IMG/VR virus record: IMGVR_UViG_3300028837_001734
Location: 26,161-90,160 of that record
From: a virus
Length of the DNA: 64,000 nucleotides
Reading direction: 5' to 3' (one strand)
The first letter of the stretch is position 1; every line of letters begins with the position of its first letter. The notes beneath the pieces were generated by a model. That model did not search any database and was not told the DNA's origin. It was given only the letters and a program-made list of their open reading frames with translations. The position numbers were made by a program, and so were the translations under genes. This document shows positions 17,626-25,522 of the stretch, in pieces.

Positions 17626-17924
17626 TATTCTTGATCTCCATTATTACATTTAAGATCACCGGCATCACCTTTTTTCTTCCTTTTAATAATATCATCAATT
17701 TCCTTACTTATACTATGAGGAGATTCAGGAATGATATTTGGTGAAGATAATTGTTGGGATAATATAGTAACCGGAGGATGTTGTATCTCCTCGATAACAA
17801 CAATCAATCCGTGTATAAGATCACACAATGCAGCACAAGTAACTTTATGATGTTTCGTACCAATGTTTTGTTTAATAGATGTTAATTTATTTCTAAGTAT
17901 ACCTGTATCCATTATTGACTCCAA
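17625..17924 (-). CDS. Hypothetical protein
   Basis: 99 aa; coupled to the ligase start. Confidence 0.55.
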   Translation of the reverse strand: MESIMDTGILRNKLTSIKQNIGTKHHKVTCAALCDLIHGLIVVIEEIQHPPVTILSQQLSSPNIIPESPHSISKEIDDIIKRKKKGDAGDLKCNNGDQE

Positions 17925-18307
17925 TCATAGTCTTTGTTGGTCTCAGTAAAGCTTTCTATTAACGTAGTCCCATCCTGATATTTAGTAAAGACACACAAAC
18001 CTTTTGTATAGCCCAAAAAAAGATCTATTATTTCTTCGGACATGAAGGGTATATTTAACAATTTACATGCGCAATTAACCAAAATTATATCAGCAGGTAT
18101 TATCGCACCAACTCTTTTTAAAGATGGAACTAATGACACATATACTGATGATCCAAAACCAATTTCGCTGACAGATACTAATACAGCAAATAATCCTTCA
18201 TCATGGATTGTTCTTCTAACAAATTTATCACATGCGAGATCAAAACTAGGAGCGTCTATAATCTCTTTACGTGGACCTGCTTCTAAATAATACTTTGCCA
18301 TCTTCAT
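17912..18307 (-). CDS. Hypothetical protein
   Basis: 131 aa ORF in run. Confidence 0.55.
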   Translation of the reverse strand: MKMAKYYLEAGPRKEIIDAPSFDLACDKFVRRTIHDEGLFAVLVSVSEIGFGSSVYVSLVPSLKRVGAIIPADIILVNCACKLLNIPFMSEEIIDLFLGYTKGLCVFTKYQDGTTLIESFTETNKDYDWSQ

Positions 18308-18842
18308 TCTTCGCCATAATACCTATATATGGAAAATTACGATATAATCCATTATAGTCAAGACCATAGCCAACGACAAATTCATTTTCTATATCAAAAC
18401 CAACACATTGGATACTTATGTTGTCTGGCGATTTCCCAGATTTCCTTAGTAACACAGCAGTGGTTAAACTTTCTGGATACGACCACGAAATATATTCCTG
18501 TACAAACCTGATGGTCTGACCACTATCAAAAATATCATCGATCAATAAAACGTGCCTATCATGAAGTTTAGTGGTGGGTGTCATTAAAAGCTTAAGATCT
18601 TGCGGTGTTACTGACTTGCCTGGATAGCTAGATACCCTAACAAAATCCAATTCCATTCTTAGATTGAGATGACGTATCAAGTCGGCCAAAAATAATGTTG
18701 CACCAGAAAGTACCCCAATAACCACCAGTGGTTCAGTTGAATGATGAACAGAATTAACAGTCCATTTATAACGATCCGTTAACTCAACTCCCATTTCGAC
18801 AATACGATTTTGTATTTGTTTTTCTGTCAGAAGTATTCTCAT
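18267..18842 (-). CDS. hpt: Hypoxanthine(-guanine) phosphoribosyltransferase
   Basis: 'GVLSGATLFLADL', 'SSY', PRPP motif 'VLLIDDIFDSGQT', 'FVVGYGLDY..YRN.P'. Confidence 0.95.
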   Translation of the reverse strand: MRILLTEKQIQNRIVEMGVELTDRYKWTVNSVHHSTEPLVVIGVLSGATLFLADLIRHLNLRMELDFVRVSSYPGKSVTPQDLKLLMTPTTKLHDRHVLLIDDIFDSGQTIRFVQEYISWSYPESLTTAVLLRKSGKSPDNISIQCVGFDIENEFVVGYGLDYNGLYRNFPYIGIMAKNEDGKVLFRSRST

Positions 18843-18845
18843 AAT

Positions 18846-19049
18846 TCATATTTCGTATTGTTCGGGATACAGAAATATCCATATACCAGGTTTGGGATTT
18901 GTCCATATAACATCAAAACCATTAGGCCCGAAAAATTTTGCATGTAATGGTTTTTCTACCACTGTCTGTTGAGAGTCATAACGACTAGTTAAATAAGGAT
19001 CTATTATAGTAATCTCATCGCCAGGATATGGTAAACACAAAACTATCAT
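18846..19049 (-). CDS. Hypothetical protein
   Basis: 67 aa; GGAG RBS. Confidence 0.5.
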   Translation of the reverse strand: MIVLCLPYPGDEITIIDPYLTSRYDSQQTVVEKPLHAKFFGPNGFDVIWTNPKPGIWIFLYPEQYEI

Positions 19050-19070
19050 ATATAATCTCCGTCAACTTGG

Positions 19071-19099
19071 AAAAATAACCGGCTTAACCCACCGGTTAT
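19071..19099 (-). terminator. Rho-independent terminator after tmRNA
   Basis: ATAACCGG...CCGGTTAT followed by T-run. Confidence 0.75.
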
Positions 19100-19176
19100 G
19101 AGTGGCTCTATCACCTAAAAGAAAATGGAAAGGAGGTGAAGCGCAATGCGCGGCCACAGGGCTATGTACATTATAC

Positions 19177-19520
19177 TGGAGGTAGCGGCATCGAAGCCGC
19201 GTCCAGAAACAGCTCCCATAATATTTCTACGTGCGTAGTTGATTATTTGAATCTCGGAGCCACGAACGCAAATCAACATGCTTTCGTCTTTCCATATCTA
19301 ACTGTTGTTTCGCTTCAATCTGGTTAGATAACAAATTGAAACTAGCCTACAAATCATCGCCTAATAAAATAGTAGGCATCTTCTATTAGACGGGCTACTA
19401 CGCAGCCATTGCTAACTGAACTTTGTCAGCTAAATTAAATGCCAGTTGTTTTACGAGGCCAACTGACCACCTCGGCACGCAATACTATTTTCACTTGTCC
19501 TGTCGAAACCTTTTACCCCC
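19177..19520 (-). ncRNA. ssrA: tmRNA
   Basis: 5' GGGGGTAAAAGGTTTCGAC; G3:U70 Ala acceptor GGGGGTA/TACCTCC + A; T-arm GCGGC-TTCGAT-GCCGC; tag ORF 19398-19430 encoding (A)ADKVQLAMAA*. Confidence 0.95.
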
Positions 19521-19532
19521 ATAGTCAGACAA

Positions 19533-19739
19533 TCAATTATCGGAAACCTGACTATCAATACCCGTAGCATGTCTCTCATGTGGATTATAAATGCGATCCT
19601 TCTGCACATGAACTTGACGATCACTCCGCTGGAAATACGGACCTTGATTAGATGCACAACCACTACCAAGTACAACAACCGTGACAACAACAGCAGCACC
19701 CAGTAGCCCAATGATACCAAAACACTTCTTCAAATTCAT
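19533..19739 (-). CDS. Putative lipoprotein
   Basis: MNLKK + hydrophobic stretch + lipobox LGSGC; GGAG RBS. Confidence 0.6.
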   Translation of the reverse strand: MNLKKCFGIIGLLGAAVVVTVVVLGSGCASNQGPYFQRSDRQVHVQKDRIYNPHERHATGIDSQVSDN

Positions 19740-19834
19740 CTCATTTTCTCCAAAACAAAACATAATAAATCAATCAACATAAATATTATACGTTGTTCAT
19801 CAAACAATGGCCAAACAAAAAAACAAAATTTATT

Positions 19835-19865
19835 AAAAAAAGCAGGGACCGTTATCGGCCCCTGC
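19835..19865 (-). terminator. Rho-independent terminator
   Basis: GCAGGGGCCG-ATAA-CGGTCCCTGC followed by T7. Confidence 0.85.
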
Positions 19866-19939
19866 GCCCTAAAGTAGCGAACGACGCGCAAGGATGGCGT
19901 AAACTGTGACACCTGCTCAAACACTATCGTTCATCTATA

Positions 19940-20890
19940 TTATACACCAGACGTTGCCGATAATGGAGTAGGAATTACCGAAATTGATCCGGGCCAACGC
20001 AATCCACTACAAAGAGTTATACAATCGGTACCTTCGAAGGTACAACTTTTGATTTTACCTAAAGTTACCGATTGACTATCATCAATAAAAAATAGCCTGT
20101 CCCCAATAACTTCTCCACCAAAATAAGCAAAATTTTCCATAACATTTTCAGGTATCTCATATACTGTATCAAAAAAAGACGCAGTTATACCAAATGGATA
20201 ATGTAAACCACTACTTATGATTGTCTCAACATTCGAACCATCGAGATCTGATTTTTTAATATAATGACCTTCTAAATCAGTCCAATAAATTTGTTCATTT
20301 GTCAAAACAAAATCATATGGATGTCTTAAATCACCAGATGATGTCCTATCACCAGATAATAATATTTCTGGACCTGAACCATCAAAATTACATCTTATCA
20401 ATTCCGCATTATATTGGCCACTAACACCTCTCCCTAAAACGTATAATTTAGACTCAGCTACATCTATATCTAATGCAACTGGTTCGTGTAAACCACTAGC
20501 AATTTTTGTAACATCTGTACGAGTGGATGGAGTCTCTCCACTTGGAATCTCTATTCCCATTGAATAAAGATTATGTTCTTCCATGTCGGTAAAAAATACT
20601 GTACCAGATTCCGAACTAACAGCTAATCCCCATGGGTGCATAGTACCACTACATTCATAAATCTTTTCTTTATTATCTCCATGGCGGTCTAGCCTATTGA
20701 CTTCAACCGTTCCTGATGCCGTAGTACGATCATCTATCCAATATACTAATTCACCACTTGGATCATAAGCAATAGCATGCGAACTTACTAAATCATTTTG
20801 AATTATAATGGACCCACTAGTACATAACATACCTATATGTTGTAATTCAGTATCAACTTCATTATACCATAATCTATCTATTTCTGACAT
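19940..20890 (-). CDS. YWTD (LDL-receptor class B-like) beta-propeller protein
   Basis: Blades with YWIDD, FFTD, IYWTD, FFIDD and 'SDLDGSN'; start moved to 20890. Confidence 0.8.
   Translation of the reverse strand: MSEIDRLWYNEVDTELQHIGMLCTSGSIIIQNDLVSSHAIAYDPSGELVYWIDDRTTASGTVEVNRLDRHGDNKEKIYECSGTMHPWGLAVSSESGTVFFTDMEEHNLYSMGIEIPSGETPSTRTDVTKIASGLHEPVALDIDVAESKLYVLGRGVSGQYNAELIRCNFDGSGPEILLSGDRTSSGDLRHPYDFVLTNEQIYWTDLEGHYIKKSDLDGSNVETIISSGLHYPFGITASFFDTVYEIPENVMENFAYFGGEVIGDRLFFIDDSQSVTLGKIKSCTFEGTDCITLCSGLRWPGSISVIPTPLSATSGV
19941..19947 (-). promoter_or_regulatory. Phage promoter motif GTGTATAA
   Basis: CTGGTGTATAATAT overlapping the stop codon of the upstream gene. Confidence 0.55.
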
Positions 20891-20903
20891 TGAATCTGCC
20901 TTT

Positions 20904-21878
20904 CTATTCAATTCCATATTCACTATCTGGTGTTCGAATAATGATAACAGCATGCACATCATCTAATCCACTCGCTAGTATAATATTTTCACTACCATCT
21001 AAATTACAACTTCTAACCAGATCATCTCCACCATCTTGTGTAAAAATTAATCTATTACCTATTAACTCACCAGCATATCCTATAAAGACATCAGGATTCA
21101 CATCCTGAACATCATCCCAACCATCAATAGTAGCTATGGCCAAACCGTACGGTGCTGAATTAGATATACTAGATAATATTTCGACATTACTACCGTCTAT
21201 ATCTGCTCTACCAACTTCATCTGCACCAGGAGCGGTCCAATATATTTTGCCATCATAAATGAGCATATCACATGGATCATCAGTTACACACCATCTGTTA
21301 CTAGTGACCCATTCTCTGTTGGTACCATCAAAATCACGTTTTGATACTCTAAAACCCCATTTACCTTCTTCTACACTATATTGTTGTGTCATAACATATA
21401 ACTTTAATGCCCTAACACCACTTGCGACAGTCATCGCAGAATGTATTACACCAGTAGAATTATCAATTTCTATCATATCACTCTTATGACGCTCTGCAGC
21501 GCTACTACCACTTGGGATGTCAACACCAATAGAATATATATATCCAGGTTTATCACCATTAACAAAAAACACCAATCCTGATTCCACACTAAGAGTCATA
21601 GCTTGTGGTTTTATATTTGGCCCTTCTCCATCAAACATTTCCTCTCTAGAACTACCCAATAAATTTATTCTTTCAATTGCATATTCGTCAGGATCACTCC
21701 AATAAATCTTTTCTTTAACATCATGATATGCAAAATTATATGGATGATCGATATTGCCAGAAGTCATTGGCGTACATCCACTATTAGTACATAACACATC
21801 TTTATAAACCATTTGGCCTGATGTACCTAATGTTTGTTTAGTACCCAACCACAATTTATCCCACAAAACAGACGGCAT
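20904..21878 (-). CDS. YWTD beta-propeller protein (paralog of 19940-20890)
   Basis: IYWSD, IYWT, 'ADIDGSN', 'CNLDGS'; shares 'G.(D/E)IPSG' and 'GE.IG.RL.F' with its neighbour; AAGGAG RBS. Confidence 0.8.
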   Translation of the reverse strand: MPSVLWDKLWLGTKQTLGTSGQMVYKDVLCTNSGCTPMTSGNIDHPYNFAYHDVKEKIYWSDPDEYAIERINLLGSSREEMFDGEGPNIKPQAMTLSVESGLVFFVNGDKPGYIYSIGVDIPSGSSAAERHKSDMIEIDNSTGVIHSAMTVASGVRALKLYVMTQQYSVEEGKWGFRVSKRDFDGTNREWVTSNRWCVTDDPCDMLIYDGKIYWTAPGADEVGRADIDGSNVEILSSISNSAPYGLAIATIDGWDDVQDVNPDVFIGYAGELIGNRLIFTQDGGDDLVRSCNLDGSENIILASGLDDVHAVIIIRTPDSEYGIE

Positions 21879-21896
21879 TGCGCTCTCCTTTCGTAT

Positions 21897-21942
21897 AAAA
21901 AAAACATGAGGCAGAAGAGGAACTAAGCTCATCTACCTCACG
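21897..21942 (-). terminator. Terminator after tail tube gene
   Basis: CGTGAGGTAGA...TCTGCCTCATG followed by T-run. Confidence 0.75.
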
Positions 21943-21971
21943 TCTTATTGCATCATCATCCTTCATAATTG

Positions 21972-23078
21972 TTATAATCCAGCAGGATCTTGTGGATGAG
22001 TAACACTTAAACTATTAAAGTTTGAATAATTATACGAGACAGTGACATTGCCACCACCAGCATCACCACCACCATAGGTGACAGAAGCGAGCTTATTATT
22101 CGCACCAAGATTTAATAAAGTACCTTCTTCAACCCAGACTAAGATTTTCTGATCAGTCAAGTTGGTTCCACCAACAGGATCAGCAAGAGCATCAATTAAG
22201 TCTCCCTCAGAAGCAGTACTATCAATAACACATGTAACTTCAGTTGGGAATGAAACAAATCGATGATATGGGCCACGTCTACCTAATTCAAATAACTCTT
22301 CACGACCAAGATCTGTCGAGACTGTAACGGTTTGTAGGTGGGCAAGATATGCATCCCCAGAAACAATATTCCATCCACTAGCATCAATACCGTCAATCTC
22401 TGTAGGCCACAGACTTCCACTAGTACCAGTTACAGCACCAGTATCACTCATAGAACAACCAGAACCCATTAAAATATTCTCTCGACGAGCTACACCACCA
22501 GATGCAGTAACGGATAACGGAGCATCAGATCCATCGAAAACAGATGGCAAGAAATGATCTAACCCACTTGCTGCCCACAGTTTATCATTACCAACCAAAG
22601 TTACATCTTCAGTAGAGTTACCGTCAACATTTAATGTATATGTTAAAGCTGAAACATACATACCAGACATACCGACAGCCTGTACCGGAGTACCAGATGC
22701 ATTTTCATTAGTATCGGGATAAATATTTAATGCTGTATAACACCTTTCGTTAGATCTACCAACTAATGTGGCAGAAGCGGCACCTGGAGTTGCAAGATGA
22801 TACAGAAGAGGATAACCATCGAGAACTTTTTGTGCGGTCAATTCAATGTCAGGAATACCCTCTATATTCTCATAAAGTTCTAATTGACCTAATTCGAATA
22901 CCTGTTCTAGATTAAAAGTAGTAGTTAAACCAACACTTTGCACACCGTGTGCAGTAACAAAACCAGACGGATGTGTTCCAGAACCAACATGAACCGCACC
23001 AGAATCAAGCGGACACAAAACACCATGCTCTGCAAAGCCTAAAGCCTGAACAGCGTAGAAAATCCTGTTATTTGGCAT
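21972..23078 (-). CDS. Major tail tube protein (probable)
   Basis: 368 aa; two internal tube-like repeats (VQSVGLTTTFNLEQVFELGQ / LQTVTVSTDLGREELFELGR); own promoter and terminator; follows neck genes. Confidence 0.75.
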   Translation of the reverse strand: MPNNRIFYAVQALGFAEHGVLCPLDSGAVHVGSGTHPSGFVTAHGVQSVGLTTTFNLEQVFELGQLELYENIEGIPDIELTAQKVLDGYPLLYHLATPGAASATLVGRSNERCYTALNIYPDTNENASGTPVQAVGMSGMYVSALTYTLNVDGNSTEDVTLVGNDKLWAASGLDHFLPSVFDGSDAPLSVTASGGVARRENILMGSGCSMSDTGAVTGTSGSLWPTEIDGIDASGWNIVSGDAYLAHLQTVTVSTDLGREELFELGRRGPYHRFVSFPTEVTCVIDSTASEGDLIDALADPVGGTNLTDQKILVWVEEGTLLNLGANNKLASVTYGGGDAGGGNVTVSYNYSNFNSLSVTHPQDPAGL

Positions 23079-23119
23079 AGGTCACTCCCCTTTCTCAAAA
23101 GACTATCCAACCTTATTTT

Positions 23120-23126
23120 TATACAC
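23120..23126 (-). promoter_or_regulatory. Phage promoter motif GTGTATAA
   Basis: TTTTGGTGTATAAAA. Confidence 0.65.
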
Positions 23127-23132
23127 CAAAAC

Positions 23133-23846
23133 TTATTTTTTATGAGGGCAAATACCACCATTCAAATATTTCCCCATATTACAATTCCAACATAATAATT
23201 GATAAAAATTTGGAAATCCATTATTAATAATATCTTTATAAATGCTTATACCACTGCCTCTTAATTTCCTATGCCTATTTCCATCATTGTTAATATGGTC
23301 AATATTTAGTAATAGTTCATTAGATTCTCCACAACAACTACACTTATGCCCATAATGATTAAAAACCAATAATTTAATTCGTCTATTATCTTCTTTCCTC
23401 TTATGTTTCACCTTAGTCTGATAATGTTTTCTAGATTTGTCTAAACATTGATCACAAGTACGCAATCCCTCTTTGGGAATATTTTTACCACACTGTCCGC
23501 ACAATCCCATACCATGCCGCTCTTCTGATATAGAAACAAATTTATTATTGCGTTTATATCTACAATTATCACACTCTGTGTGCTGACCATCCGTTTGATC
23601 TCCACACACAACACATAAAAAATTATTTTTCGCTTTTAATCTTCTATCACTTTGTGTTCTCTTTGCTTGTTGGCTACATATATCACACAATAAACTAGAT
23701 CTATTACTTTTGCGATGACATTTAACACATAATCCCGCTTTCTTTCTGGCATTATAAAATTGTCTATAATATTCCCTACTACACTCAAGACATTTACGAT
23801 CTTTATTAACAGATTCTCTTGTCCGACATTTGATGCATAATCCCAT
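23133..23846 (-). CDS. HNH endonuclease with tandem CxxC zinc-binding repeats
   Basis: Four CxxC...CxxC units, then 'YGHKCSCCGE...IDHINNDG...QLLCWNCN'. Confidence 0.88.
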   Translation of the reverse strand: MGLCIKCRTRESVNKDRKCLECSREYYRQFYNARKKAGLCVKCHRKSNRSSLLCDICSQQAKRTQSDRRLKAKNNFLCVVCGDQTDGQHTECDNCRYKRNNKFVSISEERHGMGLCGQCGKNIPKEGLRTCDQCLDKSRKHYQTKVKHKRKEDNRRIKLLVFNHYGHKCSCCGESNELLLNIDHINNDGNRHRKLRGSGISIYKDIINNGFPNFYQLLCWNCNMGKYLNGGICPHKK

Positions 23847-23869
23847 AATGTTTCTCCTTCCATGGGACT

Positions 23870-23876
23870 TATACAC
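23870..23876 (-). promoter_or_regulatory. Phage promoter motif GTGTATAA
   Basis: TTTTGTGTATAAG upstream of the HNH gene. Confidence 0.55.
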
Positions 23877-23882
23877 AAAAAT

Positions 23883-24818
23883 CTATATATTTTCCATATC
23901 AATCTCCACCTTCCAAACTACCCTAGCCCGAAACAACTTAGAATTTAATGAATTAAGTTTAGTTGAATTACTATTAACATTTCTCAAACGTTTCCATGGA
24001 TTACTCAATGTCATTTGAACCCAATTTGTTGTTCCATCAACAATATCTCCGTATTCATCAAATGGAAACGTAATATTATTTAAATCAGCCATCCAAAATG
24101 TTTTCCTACTTTGATAATCAATCCAGTCCATTAATAAATTCCTATCCTGAGGATTATCAGCAAAAATATGAAAAATAATTATTCTAGTTTTAATTTGTCC
24201 ACCACCCAATTGCATTCCCCGCTGGGAACCAGTAGTAACCTCTATGAAAACGCTTGGTAACCATATTTGATGTTCCCTTGAAGGAGTGCCAGACGTAGAA
24301 GCATCTGAAAGAAATTCCTCCACTGCGTCCATCATCAATATGCGAAATTCAGGTTCATCAGCAAACCCAACATGGATTGATCGTCTCGTATATTCTGCTC
24401 GTATATCGTCTAATGTATTTTTCGGCTGATCGAAAATTATCCTACCATTAAGATAATCTACATGAAATCCATAAACACCAGCGGAACCAGTCGGATGGAA
24501 AGTACCATCTAAATAAACACCAGAAACACGGAATGGATCTAGAGCACCGCTAACTCCAAGAGATGCACCACTTTCCCATACCCATTCACGTCCTGCGCCT
24601 TCCCAAACTTGACCAGATGCATATCTCTCATCATCTACAGGATGTAATCGAGCCTCATCTTCATCATACCAACTTTCGGAATTATATTCATAAACACCAT
24701 ATGCACCATTATTGACAAAATTCCAATCTAGGAACCATTTAAGATTGTACTGAAGCTGATCGGTTAATTCATAACCGCCGAAGCCACCAACATTTATGCC
24801 ATTAAATGTAAGAGCCAT
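23883..24818 (-). CDS. Tail terminator/completion protein (probable)
   Basis: Position before tail tube; 'LPSVFIEV...QLGGG...FHIFA....RN.LMD'. Confidence 0.6.
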   Translation of the reverse strand: MALTFNGINVGGFGGYELTDQLQYNLKWFLDWNFVNNGAYGVYEYNSESWYDEDEARLHPVDDERYASGQVWEGAGREWVWESGASLGVSGALDPFRVSGVYLDGTFHPTGSAGVYGFHVDYLNGRIIFDQPKNTLDDIRAEYTRRSIHVGFADEPEFRILMMDAVEEFLSDASTSGTPSREHQIWLPSVFIEVTTGSQRGMQLGGGQIKTRIIIFHIFADNPQDRNLLMDWIDYQSRKTFWMADLNNITFPFDEYGDIVDGTTNWVQMTLSNPWKRLRNVNSNSTKLNSLNSKLFRARVVWKVEIDMENI

Positions 24819-25522
24819 TATACCACCTTCTTCATAACTATTTGAGCAACTTCTGATGCAGTACGATCTCTACCAAGGGTATATTCTATGAAATTCTCTC
24901 CTAAATTACCCGCAATAATCGATGGTAAAACATACCCACCATCACCACCAAGTTGTTCTAACGATACCATAATCGCTCTCCCACTACGCGAAACCTTTTG
25001 TATCCTAGCGTCTAGACTAGCATTTTCACCAGAAAAAACAATATCATATGCTGCCTGACCTATATCTATTGTAGGATCCATCAAAAGCCATCTCATAACA
25101 GGGATAGTAATATTTGATGGAGAGGAAACATATTGTGCTCCAGGTAAAGCCAAATATGCTGCCCAATCCCTTTTTACAGCTTGTATTCTTAAAAAACCAC
25201 GATTATATCTAATACCTATTTCAAAATGTACAGAACCTTTGATTAAATTTGCCATACCTTCTACTAATCCATGAGCTTGTGTATCTGTTAGTCCAAAGTG
25301 AGCAGGTAAATCTTCAGCACTTTGTCCTCGTAATGCTCTAGCAACTAAACTTAGATTAAATTTTGCTGACAATAAATTACCTACTTCATTACCTATAGTG
25401 CTAGCTCGCTGTTGGATACGATTAAGCCATAATTGCGAAGCTCCTTTAGAAACACCGACTTCTAATTGGCTTCTAAAAGCAGCAGTAGGAGTTAAATGAA
25501 AAGTTACTTTAGCCATCAACAA
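24818..25522 (-). CDS. Neck/tail completion protein (probable)
   Basis: Synteny; 'IP.MRWLL', 'SRSGRAIM', 'NFI' motifs. Confidence 0.55.
   Translation of the reverse strand: MLMAKVTFHLTPTAAFRSQLEVGVSKGASQLWLNRIQQRASTIGNEVGNLLSAKFNLSLVARALRGQSAEDLPAHFGLTDTQAHGLVEGMANLIKGSVHFEIGIRYNRGFLRIQAVKRDWAAYLALPGAQYVSSPSNITIPVMRWLLMDPTIDIGQAAYDIVFSGENASLDARIQKVSRSGRAIMVSLEQLGGDGGYVLPSIIAGNLGENFIEYTLGRDRTASEVAQIVMKKVV

Noticed and set aside
19136-19720. ORFs 19136-19327 and 19451-19720
   Set aside because: Overlap the tmRNA or the lipoprotein gene in other frames.
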